A stretch of DNA of 53,286 nucleotides from NCBI GenBank assembly GCA_019752815.1, contig JAIELQ010000015.1, positions 1 through 53,286 on the forward strand, read 5' to 3'. This DNA comes from Patescibacteria group bacterium. GTDB taxonomy: Bacteria; Patescibacteriota; Minisyncoccia; Phycocordibacterales; UBA918. Made by a program: the position numbers and the translations under genes. A model generated the notes under the pieces. It was given only the letters and a program-made list of their open reading frames with translations. It had not been told where the DNA came from and ran no database searches. This document shows, piece after piece, positions 38,662 to 49,156 of this stretch. Positions within the stretch are counted from its first letter, which is position 1. Every line of letters begins with the position of its first letter.

Positions 38662-40776
38662 CTATTTTGAAGCGTGTAGTACCGCAGTTGGATCCGCGAC
38701 TGCCTCATCGAGGTCACGCTGTTTCTTGTACGCGTCGTTAATCATCACTCCCTCTTGTTTGAGTAATGCTTCATACTCTTCCCGTTCAAGTGTCTCCACT
38801 TCAGCTAAACGAATAGAAATGTTATCGAGGGCGGTGCGGTATTTGGTCAAAATCTCACGTGCTTTCTCCATTCCGTCGTGAATAATTTTATTTACTTCAT
38901 CATCAATGGCTTTGGCGATTTGTGGTGAGAATCCACGGTCTTCACTCATACCACCACCAAGCATCCGACCCCCCGTTCCCTCGTACGCGATTGGACCGAG
39001 CGTATCGCTCATTCCCCATTTCGTTACCATATCGCGTGCTAGGTTGGCGACTACCTGCAAGTCATTACTTGGACCAGTTGTCAGGTCGTCAAACACCATT
39101 TGTTCAGTGACATACCCCCCGAGTGTCATCGCGATGTCATCGAGGAATTCTTTTTTCGAATGCATCTTGCGGTCTTCATCTGGAAGTTTCAGAGTATATC
39201 CGGCTGCCCGACCACGAGAAATAACAGAAATCTTTTGGACTGGGTCAGCGTACGGCAGGACTGAGGCCACAAGAGCGTGCCCTACTTCGTGGTAGGCAGT
39301 AACTAATTTCTCGCGCTTACTGAGTACATGACTCTTGCGTTCTGGACCGAGCATTACTTTTTCAATCGAGCGAATCAAATCAAATTGACCAACTTTTTTG
39401 CGCAATTCACGGGCAGCCAAAATTGCTCCTTCGTTCATCAGTGAATACAAATCTGCTCCTGAAAATCCTGGGGTTCGTTGCGCAATAATGTCGAGATTTA
39501 CATCCTCTTGGAGTGGCTTCTTGCGAGCATGTACTTCGAGAATTGCCTTGCGGTCATGACGGTCTGGCAAATCAATCGTCACTCGCCGATCAAACCGCCC
39601 CGGACGAAGCAACGCAGGATCTAGCACATCAGGACGGTTGGTCGCCGCCATCACAATTACCTTGGCATTAGGTTCAAACCCATCCATCTCAACGAGAATT
39701 TGGTTAAGGGTTTGTTCTCGTTCGTCGTTTCCGCCACCGACACCGGTGCCACGCACCCGACCCACGGCATCAATTTCATCGACGAAAATAATAGACGGCG
39801 CTGACTTCTTGGCCATTTGGAATAAATCACGCACTCGTGACGCACCCACACCCACAAACATTTCCACGAACTCAGAACCAGAAATACTGAAAAATGGAAC
39901 ACCGGCTTCCCCGGCTACGGCACGGGCGAGCAAGGTCTTCCCCGTTCCGGGTGCGCCCATCATCATCACACCCTTTGGAATCTCTGCTCCGATATCGAGA
40001 AACTTTTTCGGATTCTTAAGGAAGTCGACGATTTCTTCGAGCTCTTGTTTTGCTTCTTTGGCACCAGCTACGTCTTTAAAGGTGACCTTTTTGCTGGAAT
40101 CATTTGGATCAATCATCCGTGCTTTACTACTGCCAAACGACAGAGCCTGCATCCCCGCTCCTTTTACTGAACGAGTTAAAAACCAAATGATAATACCCAG
40201 GAACAAAAGCGGGAACAGAAACGGTGCAAACTGTGATAACCAGTACCCAAAACCAGTTTCGCGCTGCACATCAATGGTGATTGAAGCGAGCTGTTCCGCT
40301 GATACACCGAGATTTGTCAGGGAGTCAGAGACTGAGGCGTCGGTTTCGCGTTTTGCTTCACCTTTGTTGCGCGTTTCATCACGATACGACACTTCAAGCA
40401 TCGCTCCGCGAACGATAATTTCTTTGACTTCGTTATTCTTTACCTGCCCCACTACATCCGAGATAGTGAGTTCTTCTGGAGGAACACTGGTATCAGTGAG
40501 ATACGAAAACGCCATGGTAATAAATACCAACAGGAGTACTGTCGACAACATATTGTTCCAAAAATTGCCTGGACCAACCGGCATGTTTTTACCAACCTTG
40601 CGTAGCTTCTCACCGGCTGAGTCTTTCTTTTTTGTGTTTTGGTCAACTGGCTTTTCCTCAGGAACTTTTGGAGCTTCCACCCCTGGCATCACCTCATTTT
40701 GGGAGGTATTTTCTTCGGGTAATTTGTTTTTTTCTGTTTCTGACATAGTACGGTCATTATACAGAAAACGAGTCAT
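38662..40776 (-). CDS. ftsH: ATP-dependent zinc metalloprotease FtsH (start probably 40746)
   Basis: Two TMs, [27 protein letters not shown] Zn motif. Confidence 0.98.
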   Translation of the reverse strand: MTRFLYNDRTMSETEKNKLPEENTSQNEVMPGVEAPKVPEEKPVDQNTKKKDSAGEKLRKVGKNMPVGPGNFWNNMLSTVLLLVFITMAFSYLTDTSVPPEELTISDVVGQVKNNEVKEIIVRGAMLEVSYRDETRNKGEAKRETDASVSDSLTNLGVSAEQLASITIDVQRETGFGYWLSQFAPFLFPLLFLGIIIWFLTRSVKGAGMQALSFGSSKARMIDPNDSSKKVTFKDVAGAKEAKQELEEIVDFLKNPKKFLDIGAEIPKGVMMMGAPGTGKTLLARAVAGEAGVPFFSISGSEFVEMFVGVGASRVRDLFQMAKKSAPSIIFVDEIDAVGRVRGTGVGGGNDEREQTLNQILVEMDGFEPNAKVIVMAATNRPDVLDPALLRPGRFDRRVTIDLPDRHDRKAILEVHARKKPLQEDVNLDIIAQRTPGFSGADLYSLMNEGAILAARELRKKVGQFDLIRSIEKVMLGPERKSHVLSKREKLVTAYHEVGHALVASVLPYADPVQKISVISRGRAAGYTLKLPDEDRKMHSKKEFLDDIAMTLGGYVTEQMVFDDLTTGPSNDLQVVANLARDMVTKWGMSDTLGPIAYEGTGGRMLGGGMSEDRGFSPQIAKAIDDEVNKIIHDGMEKAREILTKYRTALDNISIRLAEVETLEREEYEALLKQEGVMINDAYKKQRDLDEAVADPTAVLHASK

Positions 40777-40861
40777 TTTGCTAATTATTTGACTTGCCCA
40801 GCCCTTGTTACATTTGCAGTAAAATTACAATTATCTGTTTACGGAGTAGCTAGGGCGGGGT

Positions 40862-41326
40862 ATGATGAGCCACACAGACATGAGTAACTACGCCCAAAAC
40901 AAAAAAGCCCATTTTGACTACGAAATTCTCGAAACCTTCGAGGCGGGATTAGTATTGCTCGGAACCGAGGTTAAATCCATCCGAGCCGGCCGGGTCAAGC
41001 TCGACGGAGCACACATTGTAGTTCGAGGCGGTGAAGCCTATTTGGTAAATAGCAGTATTGCCGCCTTCCAGCCCATTAACACCCCCAAAAGCTATGACCC
41101 GGAACGAGTCCGCAAGCTACTCCTTTCCCAAAAACAACTGACCCTGCTCCACCGTCAGACCGAGCAGTCTCATTTGACAGCTATTCCTTTATCGTTGTAT
41201 AGTAAAGGAAGCAAAATTAAGCTCAGTTTAGCAATTGCGCGCGGCAAAAAGAAAGCCGATAAACGCGAAAGTCTAAAGGAGCGCGATGTCAAACGTGACA
41301 TCGACCGTACCTTAAAATCACAATAA
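40862..41326 (+). CDS. smpB: SsrA-binding protein
   Basis: NKKA.FDY.I....EAG.VL.G.EVKSIR, RKLLL, GKKK.DKRE. Confidence 0.97.
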   Translation: MMSHTDMSNYAQNKKAHFDYEILETFEAGLVLLGTEVKSIRAGRVKLDGAHIVVRGGEAYLVNSSIAAFQPINTPKSYDPERVRKLLLSQKQLTLLHRQTEQSHLTAIPLSLYSKGSKIKLSLAIARGKKKADKRESLKERDVKRDIDRTLKSQ

Positions 41327-41381
41327 ACTTAGTTACAGGAAGGTGGTTCAATGAGGGACCCCATAAAAGAAACAGCGTGCA

Positions 41382-41702
41382 ATGTCACGCAAACGAACGA
41401 GGAAAAAGATGACAGGTATTTATGATGCGCTTCAGGAAGCGGTACCGCAGCTACAGAATATCGGTTCATTCAATCCGAAAAAACTCGATCCGGAATGGAA
41501 GGACTGGCTCATGCGAGCTGAACGTGTCTACATCGACACGTTCGCAGGGGACTTCAAGCTTTTTTTCGGGGCCGTCGCCACAGTGTACAAAAACGCACTG
41601 GACGAAGAGACCGATCCTGAACAAGACATCCAAGACTGGATAATGGCCGAGATTGCAGTGCTCGAAGCAAAAAGCCTCAAAGCTCGGATCCAGACACAAT
41701 GA
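41382..41702 (+). CDS. Hypothetical protein
   Basis: 106-aa ORF followed by hairpin GTGCGGACGA/TCGTCCGCAC (41711-41734). Confidence 0.55.
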   Translation: MSRKRTRKKMTGIYDALQEAVPQLQNIGSFNPKKLDPEWKDWLMRAERVYIDTFAGDFKLFFGAVATVYKNALDEETDPEQDIQDWIMAEIAVLEAKSLKARIQTQ

Positions 41703-41793
41703 CAAAAATAGTGCGGACGACTTATCGTCCGCACCACCTTTCTGTAACTAAGTTGGAAAAGTTGTAAATCAATCAACAAACGAGGGAAAATAC

Positions 41794-41988
41794 ATGGCTG
41801 ATTATGGCATGGGTGGCTGCTTTACTGCAGTTGACTGGATAAAGGTGACGGGAAAAGAAGGTCTCAAAACTCTTAAGTCAGAGGACCTGGCTCTGCTTCG
41901 CGAACAAGGCATCATCAACCAAGACGGTGAGATCGAACCCGATCGATTGACACTTGCTCTGATGGAGAACAATCATGTTCCCCAGTAA
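41794..41988 (+). CDS. Hypothetical small protein
   Basis: GAGGG SD-like sequence; overlaps the next ORF by 14 nt. Confidence 0.5.
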   Translation: MADYGMGGCFTAVDWIKVTGKEGLKTLKSEDLALLREQGIINQDGEIEPDRLTLALMENNHVPQ

Positions 41989-42187
41989 CTGGTTCGAGAC
42001 CATTCTTTCACTACTCCTTGTCTTGGCTACGGGTATTTTGATCAGATATCTCCGCCGTCAAGACGAAAAAGTTGTAGTCGATGAGGAAATCAACTACAGT
42101 TCAGGTACCGAACTTGGACCGGCCAAGGCCGAGTCCAGACCCAAAGACTTTGGCACTGCCAAAGACCATCCGCACCACCGGTCGTAA
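41975..42187 (+). CDS. Hypothetical small single-TM protein
   Basis: GGAG upstream, one TM helix, followed by hairpin 42193-42218. Confidence 0.5.
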   Translation: MFPSNWFETILSLLLVLATGILIRYLRRQDEKVVVDEEINYSSGTELGPAKAESRPKDFGTAKDHPHHRS

Positions 42188-42314
42188 AAATCGTAACGGC
42201 GCGTCAGCGCGCCGTTACCTCCCCTATCGTTTATTGAAAGAATCACCCCTAACGTGCGTCATACTATATGACGCCGTTCCCAATTAGGATTTGATGACGT
42301 ATCGAATCATAATT

Positions 42315-42705
42315 GGGGATGCTAGGCATCGACGGTTAGTCTATCCCGGATGTGCAGTGTCGAACATGGCAACCAATTCGTTAAAAGGTTCCATCTGTAT
42401 TTGCAAACAAAGCAATACCAAGTCCTTACGCTAACGCGTTTGGATTCGCTCCCGCCCTCGCGTAACCGCGATTCGTGCCGGAGTGATGCAGCAGTGTTAA
42501 ACGCCTCATACGGCACTGTTGTAAAATAGCCACGGGGCTGTGGGTAGGTGTGCCGTTGTCGCACCGACTCAAGCTTGTAACAACTCGAGTCACTATTGTT
42601 TTGTCTATTCTATAGATAGTGATTTTAAACCAAAGGATAAACTACGCACTGTAGAAGCATCCGGTATACCTAATTCGGACTCGGGTTCAATTCTCGACAT
42701 CTCCA
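42315..42705 (+). ncRNA. ssrA: tmRNA; tag ANKAIPSPYANAFGFAPALA (42403-42465)
   Basis: 5' GGGGATG pairs with 3' CATCTCC-A (G.U at 3:70); TCGGG-TTCAATT-CTCGA T arm; tag ORF ending ALA-stop; about 1 kb from smpB. Confidence 0.93.
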
Positions 42706-42825
42706 CTGATATAGAAATATATGGAACTTTAGAACTGCTTTATAGCAGTTCTTTTGTTAGTACAACTTCACCCTCCCTAATAGCCATCATTTACATTTTG
42801 AGACTTATGTAATAGTATAAGTTAC

Positions 42826-43443
42826 ATGAAAATAAATAGCGGCCATGGGGGCGGGCATGCTTCTCGAGATGTGTTTAATAATCCAGAAATTTTTGTAGAT
42901 AAATTTGATGGTCCAGATCGCGATGAATGGCAGAAGCCGGACGAAGTCATCAGATCATTTAAACTCCGAGATGACTCTATCGTCGTTGATATTGGTGCTG
43001 GTACGGGATACTTCTCTGTTCGCTTAGCTGAGCAGGTAAGAAACGGCAAAGTTATTTGCTTCGAGCAGGCTTCGAAGATGGCCGAACACCTTCAGAACCG
43101 TGTCCGTGACTTAGGACTTACGAATGTTGAAGTGCGTTCTGATGGAACAGACGGGGTCTTTCTCCTGGAAAAACAGGCGGATGTAATCTTCTCCGTCGAC
43201 GTGTATCACCATATCCAGGATCCAAAGCGTTTTTTTGCAGAAGTTGCACAGAACCTTTCAACTGGCGGAGTGCTCGTTGTTATTGATCGTACGGAAGAGA
43301 AAATAGAAGGTCAGCCCACAGGCCATCGAGTTCCAGCAGAAAAAGTAATTGAGGAGATGAGAGTGGCAGGTTTTGAACTTGTAGAAAAATTAGACTTCTT
43401 ACTACCTGTTCAGTACTATTTATCCTTTAAGCGTACACAGTAA
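42826..43443 (+). CDS. Class I SAM-dependent methyltransferase
   Basis: R..WQKPDEV, VVDIGAGTGYFS, D.YHHI, GG.LV.ID. Confidence 0.9.
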   Translation: MKINSGHGGGHASRDVFNNPEIFVDKFDGPDRDEWQKPDEVIRSFKLRDDSIVVDIGAGTGYFSVRLAEQVRNGKVICFEQASKMAEHLQNRVRDLGLTNVEVRSDGTDGVFLLEKQADVIFSVDVYHHIQDPKRFFAEVAQNLSTGGVLVVIDRTEEKIEGQPTGHRVPAEKVIEEMRVAGFELVEKLDFLLPVQYYLSFKRTQ

Positions 43444-43448
43444 GTATC

Positions 43449-43883
43449 ATGAAAAAGAGCAGTAAGTTTTCCGATGTCCTCCACATACTTTTACATATAG
43501 CTGACTCTCCGACAACGGTGACGTCAGAGAAGTTAGCGAAAGCCATGCAGACCAATCCTGTAGTGGTGCGAAGAATGATGGCCGGACTAAGGGAAAACGG
43601 CCTGGTACGCTCCGACAAGGGACACAGTGGCGGCTGGTTTCTTTCTTGTGACCTGGATAAAGTAACTCTGTTTGATGTATATGAGGCCGTAGAGTCACCG
43701 ACTCTTCTTGCCATCGGCAATCGTAATGAAAATTCTGTCTGTCAGTTGGAAAAAGCAGTTACCGCAACAACTCAGAAGGCATTCATAGATGCTGAGACGC
43801 TACTTTTGAAAAAATTCAAAGACATCACCCTCGCAAAACTCCACATGAGTATTAAGAAAGATGCTCACAATCATACGCACTAG
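43449..43883 (+). CDS. Rrf2-family transcriptional regulator
   Basis: TSE.LA....TNPVVVRR.M..L...GLV.S..G..GG, TL.DVY.AV. Confidence 0.93.
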   Translation: MKKSSKFSDVLHILLHIADSPTTVTSEKLAKAMQTNPVVVRRMMAGLRENGLVRSDKGHSGGWFLSCDLDKVTLFDVYEAVESPTLLAIGNRNENSVCQLEKAVTATTQKAFIDAETLLLKKFKDITLAKLHMSIKKDAHNHTH

Positions 43884-44221
43884 AGAGGAGATTGTAAATT
43901 GGTATTTTAATTTCGCACATTCGGTTTAAGTCCGCTAACTTTTGTATAGTTATTCTGGCTACCACAAATCAACAACCTTAAGGAAATTCGAACACTCCAT
44001 TTCTATCAAACAGTGTTTAACTTGAGTCAAACTGCTTCACTGGTAAAAACAGTAACGCCCTCAGGGGTGTATTTTTCGGTGGAGATGTGAGTGAAGTACC
44101 TACATACTAACGATAAGAGTTGCTGCCAGTAGACGGATTATTATATGTAATTTTACAGATATAACCTCGACCGCTATACTATACCCATGAATGAACAAGC
44201 CCCCAAATTAAGCAGCCCGAC

Positions 44222-44638
44222 GTGTTTAAGTCACTCACCAGACTTACCCATCCCGACCGATGGATGAACGAAGGCTTGAGTGACACCACACTGAAAATGA
44301 TAACCAATACCAGCTCGGCCTTTAATCTTATTAAAGCTTACCAGCAGAAGTACAGCCAACTCCCCCAGGAATGGGGTAGCGACGATTATCGCCTGGCACA
44401 ATTTGCCTTCATCAAAGATACGGATGGTATGATCACTAAAAAAGAGGGTTTGGTATTTGCAAACCCGAGTGACTTTATTGCGGAACTACGAAAGTTCTAT
44501 GACCTAGCTGATGTTCAGACCGCTGCAGAAAAAAGAAAAGCTGAACTGCAAGCACTCATCGCCAGTCGTATGCCCACTACCCCACCACCCGAACCACCAC
44601 CAAAACCATCTTCATCACCGTTTAAATTTAGAAAATAA
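44222..44638 (+). CDS. Hypothetical protein with HPD motif; N-terminus possibly frameshifted (ATG at 44187)
   Basis: 138-aa ORF from GTG, Pro-rich tail, terminator at 44641-44667. Confidence 0.55.
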   Translation: MFKSLTRLTHPDRWMNEGLSDTTLKMITNTSSAFNLIKAYQQKYSQLPQEWGSDDYRLAQFAFIKDTDGMITKKEGLVFANPSDFIAELRKFYDLADVQTAAEKRKAELQALIASRMPTTPPPEPPPKPSSSPFKFRK

Positions 44639-44640
44639 GG

Positions 44641-44667
44641 AAACCGGCAACAAGATGTTGCCGGTTT
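44641..44667. terminator. Bidirectional terminator
   Basis: AAACCGGCAACA/TGTTGCCGGTTT. Confidence 0.75.
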
Positions 44668-44688
44668 TGTCTTCTGGGGATTGGTCGA

Positions 44689-45072
44689 TCAGTAATATTC
44701 TTCCAACCACCAATCCGCGACCCCGTAGGTGGAACAGGCTTCTCGTCCATTGCCGCCCGTCACACAGACCCGGGCGTAGTTGTCATTGCCGCAGACGGAA
44801 TCCACCCTCCAGTTGACAGGATTGTCGCCGTTGCTCGCAATCACCTGACGCATCGTGGCGTACGAAGCACCCTTGCGATCACACCAGCCCCCGACACCGT
44901 AGAACTCCACGGTGAATCCTTCGTCGTAGTCATTGAGGACCAGAAATTCTGACCCTCCTTCATTGTTGTCAAAAGCCCAGTCGCCATAGTACCACTCATC
45001 GTGGTCCGCCGAAGCGGCAGTGGCACAAAGTGCCAGGGAAAGTGCCGTAGCAAGAAACGTTTTCAACTTCAT
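44689..45072 (-). CDS. Hypothetical secreted Cys-containing protein
   Basis: GAGGAG SD, signal peptide MKLKTFLATALSLALCATAASA, four Cys in the mature part. Confidence 0.7.
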   Translation of the reverse strand: MKLKTFLATALSLALCATAASADHDEWYYGDWAFDNNEGGSEFLVLNDYDEGFTVEFYGVGGWCDRKGASYATMRQVIASNGDNPVNWRVDSVCGNDNYARVCVTGGNGREACSTYGVADWWLEEYY

Positions 45073-45188
45073 GGTTACCTCTCCTCGGTTGAACCTTTCA
45101 AATGCTACTATCATACTATTTTTTGTCAATAGACGTAGAAAGTCGCGACCAGGGGGGTCGCGACTGAAGTATCTTTTGGGTTTGGGAA

Positions 45189-45938
45189 CTAGCGCAAATT
45201 TTGTACGAGCCAGGTGAGCATCTCGAGCTGGACTTTTTTCTTGCCATGCTCAGCTTCGACGTTGACGTACGGCTGTCCCCGTCTCAAGCTGTACACCGAC
45301 AACGATCCGTCATCGGTAACCACACCTGACTGCAAAACTACATTGAACCCGTCTTTTTTTGCCTCCAAAAACACGGATTCTTCAGTTGTGAAGAAGAAGT
45401 CATCAGGATCTAACGTTGGTACCTGATGAACCTCCGCTGCATCACTACTGTATTGACTTCCCGGCAGGTAACTCACAAGCGAGTAGTTGCCGTTAGTGTT
45501 ATTGTGCAACGCAACGATTGGTCGACGGCCGATTTCGACCAAAATGATTTTGGCCAACGCACGAACCGCGGCAGCTGCTTCGGGTGCCGAACCACCACGC
45601 AGGGTTTTCTTGATTCCCTGCGGGGTAAAAATGCGGTTAGGGTCGAATTGGTAGGTCTGCCCTTTGAGCATGAATTTCACATTCCGCTCACCGCTATGCC
45701 GCAAAATGATGAGCATGCCGCCGCTGGTCGGCAAAAGCTTTTTGGCAGTGGCTATCGCAGTCGCCTCGTTTTCGTGAAGTACAACGAACACCGGACCACG
45801 ACCACTGCTGATGACTTCGAGCTCAACCTTCGTTTCGCCGAGATACATCTCTTTGATTGAAGGCTTGACCGTATCTGATACAGCGGTAGAGCTGATAGCG
45901 ACCAAGGCCATCAGTAGAATGATTGCTTTGCGAAACAT
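45189..45938 (-). CDS. Secreted putative Zn-hydrolase, M14/desuccinylase-like fold
   Basis: Signal peptide; LHENE, DPNRIF, ALHNN and NVEA motifs in M14-like spacing. Confidence 0.6.
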   Translation of the reverse strand: MFRKAIILLMALVAISSTAVSDTVKPSIKEMYLGETKVELEVISSGRGPVFVVLHENEATAIATAKKLLPTSGGMLIILRHSGERNVKFMLKGQTYQFDPNRIFTPQGIKKTLRGGSAPEAAAAVRALAKIILVEIGRRPIVALHNNTNGNYSLVSYLPGSQYSSDAAEVHQVPTLDPDDFFFTTEESVFLEAKKDGFNVVLQSGVVTDDGSLSVYSLRRGQPYVNVEAEHGKKKVQLEMLTWLVQNLR

Positions 45939-46083
45939 ATCTCGTCTCCAGGTGCTTTTGTGCGGCTTTTTGCAACACAATTCTGGTTTGGAAAATACCA
46001 CACAAATGTATAAAAATCAATAGTACCCAAAACTACCCCGTTTACACCTTACTTATAAATCGGTCACTTGTTTTATATACATA

Positions 46084-46113
46084 AAACTACCGGCACGAAT
46101 GTGCCGGTAGTTT
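46084..46113. terminator. Intrinsic terminator after anti-sigma gene
   Basis: AAACTACCGGCAC/GTGCCGGTAGTTT. Confidence 0.7.
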
Positions 46114-46136
46114 GTAGTTTCATTTTCTGCGGCGTA

Positions 46137-47246
46137 TTAGAGTCCTAGGTTTACCCCACTACTAACTGAGGCGTCGGTCGATGCATCAATTGCTTCTCCA
46201 TCAACTGAACCGTTTACGTTGGTGTCGATATTTACACTGGCCCCAGATGCTGAACCATTACTGTCAGAAGTACCATTTCCGTCTCCCCGATCGATAATCA
46301 TTGGATCGATTGAGAAATCTATGTCGGTAATCATGCCGGTGTTACTGTCAATTTCAACTTGTCCTAGGGTAGATAATTTTGATTCTACCTCACCAACAAG
46401 TTCAGCTGCTTGGTCAAGGGTGGCGCGGGCATCAGCTTCGGCCTGGGCGTAGGCTTCGACAGTTAATTTTGTCGCCGTTTCAAGTTTGGTATTGAGATCG
46501 GCTAGCACTTTCGCCTCAATCTCAGTTTTATTTTCGACCATCACTTTTGCAAGTGCTTCGGTACGAGCAGTCATATCAGCCCGGTAAGCGTTGATATCGT
46601 AGAGACCGGTTGCTAAATCTGACGCCATCATTTTGGCGGCTACTTCTGTTGGCATTTCGGCAGCGAGCTTGGTATCAAGACTTGTGGTGCCTACAAAATT
46701 CTGGAGAGCAAGGGCAATTTTTGCCTTCGTTTCAAGTTTTACGTCTGCACTACTGTTTTCGGCAGCAGCTTCCGCGCGTTTTGCCTGGGCTGTAATGTTG
46801 GCCACTACTGTTGATTCAGTGTCGGCAGTTAGTCGTCCTTTTGCTTGTAACTTTTGAGCTTCTTCGAGACGTTCTTCAAGCAGGTTGGCTTGGAGTTTGG
46901 CTTCACTATCTACACTCACGGCTAATGCTTCACGGACATTTTCGTTAACACCAGTTTTCACAGGATAGAGAAAATCACCCGGCATTGAACCTTGAGCAGC
47001 GAGGGATGTTCCCCCACCTATCATCACTGCGAGTAAAATTACTAATGGCATAGAGGCAAATTTAAATGAGAATAATGAAGTACCATTTGGTACTACACCT
47101 ATAGAACGACTGGCTTCATCTGTTCTTACACTATGAAACGCCGCGTACTCGTGAAGATTATTTTGAATCCGCGCACGCGAAGCATCAGACAGTTTTATGT
47201 CTTTGAGTTTCGCTACGTATTCTGTTGTTTTTATTTCAGGATTCAT
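46137..47246 (-). CDS. Putative anti-sigma factor with DUF5667-like domain
   Basis: TM then A..S.PGD.LYPVK...E.V; ATGA-coupled to the ECF sigma gene. Confidence 0.75.
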   Translation of the reverse strand: MNPEIKTTEYVAKLKDIKLSDASRARIQNNLHEYAAFHSVRTDEASRSIGVVPNGTSLFSFKFASMPLVILLAVMIGGGTSLAAQGSMPGDFLYPVKTGVNENVREALAVSVDSEAKLQANLLEERLEEAQKLQAKGRLTADTESTVVANITAQAKRAEAAAENSSADVKLETKAKIALALQNFVGTTSLDTKLAAEMPTEVAAKMMASDLATGLYDINAYRADMTARTEALAKVMVENKTEIEAKVLADLNTKLETATKLTVEAYAQAEADARATLDQAAELVGEVESKLSTLGQVEIDSNTGMITDIDFSIDPMIIDRGDGNGTSDSNGSASGASVNIDTNVNGSVDGEAIDASTDASVSSGVNLGL

Positions 47247-47740
47247 AAATGTAAAATTGTCTGCAAACGTTTGGTAGCCCGATTGAGGCGAACCGATATC
47301 ACGTTGGCCGATTCATTGAGTATAACGGCAATATCTCGCGGGTCGAGACCATCTACATAGCGCATAACCATTACCTCCCGATCATTTTCTTCGAGTTGCG
47401 TCAGCGCGTCAATAACTTCAGCCTGCTCAGCTAACATTTGTGGTCCAGCACTTTTTTCAACCGGATCATAACCAAGTGCAATCTGATCGTCGAGCGAATC
47501 TGATTTTTTCTTTTTATACCAATCCTTTGCCAAATTGTTTGCAATGGTATACAGGAGTGCCCGCGGATTCTGTATCTCCTTTCCGTCTTTGAGATACCCC
47601 CAGTACCGCATAAAGACTTCCTGGGTTAAATCTTCAGCCAATTCAACATTAGAAACTTTTACGATACAAAAACGAAAAATAGCGTCGCCATATTTGGCAA
47701 AATCTTCGTCAAACACTGTTACTTGGGTGTTCTGATTCAT
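47243..47740 (-). CDS. ECF (sigma-70 group 4) RNA polymerase sigma factor
   Basis: AEDLTQEVF, LYTIA.N...D, region 4 HTH EIA.IL...ISVRL.RA; start moved to MNQNT. Confidence 0.92.
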   Translation of the reverse strand: MNQNTQVTVFDEDFAKYGDAIFRFCIVKVSNVELAEDLTQEVFMRYWGYLKDGKEIQNPRALLYTIANNLAKDWYKKKKSDSLDDQIALGYDPVEKSAGPQMLAEQAEVIDALTQLEENDREVMVMRYVDGLDPRDIAVILNESANVISVRLNRATKRLQTILHL

Positions 47741-47902
47741 AAAACGACCGATACGTATTACTCTTACATCTAAACGCTCTCTATGCAACATATGGTATAC
47801 CCATCGATTCAATAGCCACAGATTATCTGCTAAAATAGTCACAGAACAGCGAATGTTGGTTTAATTATACTAATTCTTATTACTACCTAAAAAATCCATA
47901 TC

Positions 47903-48574
47903 ATGGAAGAAACAAAAAAGTGTAAAGCGTGTTTACAAGACATCCCTAAGGGTGCAAAAAAGTGCCCCCATTGTACTGCTGATCAACGTTCCTGGTTTGC
48001 TCGTCACCCTATCCTTACTGTACTCATTGTAATATTCGGCCTACCAATTGTCTTGGCGAGTATTGGCAGCAGTACCTCAGACACAGAAACTCCAACTAAC
48101 AATACGAGCACATCAAATCCAACGCCTAACGAACCGGGAGCCACAATCCCAACCAACGCCTGGAAGTACGAAACAAAAACTGACGAATTCTCTGGAGATA
48201 CACAATCTTTTGCGACACTTATTTCAAGTAACGAACTGGAGTTTGAATTTCCGTATAACGATGGGTCACGATTTGTACTGATTATCAGAAATCAAAATGA
48301 TGGCAAAGGTGAAGAAGTTATTCTCAAAGCTGACAAAGGTCAATTTCTCACCTACGATGAAAGTATCAAAGTCCGATTTGACGAAGGTGAACCGGTCACA
48401 TACAACATCACGGGTACAGACGACGGGAGTGCCGATGTGGCTTTTATCAAAAATCCAGCCGGATTTATTGCCAATCTAAAAACTAGCTCTGCTATTAAAA
48501 TCGAGGCTCCATTTTACCAAGCTGGCAGAAAAGTAATATACTTTGATACTCTCGGGTACAAGGGTCTAGAATAA
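47903..48574 (+). CDS. Zinc-ribbon + TM + extracellular domain hypothetical protein
   Basis: CKAC..CPHC, TM, Thr/Asn/Pro linker, WKY....DE..G domain. Confidence 0.8.
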   Translation: MEETKKCKACLQDIPKGAKKCPHCTADQRSWFARHPILTVLIVIFGLPIVLASIGSSTSDTETPTNNTSTSNPTPNEPGATIPTNAWKYETKTDEFSGDTQSFATLISSNELEFEFPYNDGSRFVLIIRNQNDGKGEEVILKADKGQFLTYDESIKVRFDEGEPVTYNITGTDDGSADVAFIKNPAGFIANLKTSSAIKIEAPFYQAGRKVIYFDTLGYKGLE

Positions 48575-48591
48575 CTTTTTAGTTTCAAGCC

Positions 48592-48631
48592 AAACAAAAA
48601 CCATTGCAGGAAACTGCCATGGTTTTTGTTT
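48592..48631. terminator. Bidirectional terminator
   Basis: AAACAAAAACCAT/ATGGTTTTTGTTT with inner GCAG-GAAA-CTGC. Confidence 0.65.
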
Positions 48632-48676
48632 TTGCTACATTTTTTGACATCTGTACTCAGACTCACGGCCATACAC

Positions 48677-49156
48677 TTAGACATTCACGGCAGTATGAAT
48701 GAGCGACTCAGTCAGGACCTTGCTATAGGCATCAAGATCTAACGCCACCTCCGACATTGAAGCATACTGACTGTCTGATTCAATAAATTCAGCAATCGCA
48801 TCTTGGATGACGTCACGAGATCGCTCCGTAGTCTGTAGACCTTCTTGTGTTTCGAGCGGAATGAGCGTCGCGAAATATTCGTCAAACGCATCACGCAGTT
48901 TAACCCGAACAGTCATTTCTTCAGTAATTGAGAAATTACTTGAATCGTAGTGCGAAGTTGCTTCATCGATGGCATCCAAGAAATTAACCGTTACTATATC
49001 AAGGTTCTTAAAATTAGTATCACGCATAGTTTTTTGATTAGGGGACGCAGGCAATTGGCCATGCTCAGAACTAAACACCTGTGGTGTAACGTACGTCATA
49101 CCAAGGATGAGCACAACTACGCCAATACGCATCAGTAATGTAAGAGATTGAATCAT
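48677..49156 (-). CDS. Hypothetical protein with N-terminal TM/signal
   Basis: 159-aa ORF with hydrophobic N-terminus. Confidence 0.6.
   Translation of the reverse strand: MIQSLTLLMRIGVVVLILGMTYVTPQVFSSEHGQLPASPNQKTMRDTNFKNLDIVTVNFLDAIDEATSHYDSSNFSITEEMTVRVKLRDAFDEYFATLIPLETQEGLQTTERSRDVIQDAIAEFIESDSQYASMSEVALDLDAYSKVLTESLIHTAVNV

Noticed and set aside
39638-40792. 384-aa ORF on the + strand
   Set aside because: Antisense shadow of ftsH with no motif; many other listed ORFs are similar shadows of real genes.
43920-43935. T-arm-like CGGTTTAAGTCCG as a tRNA remnant
   Set aside because: Too short, with no acceptor or anticodon context.
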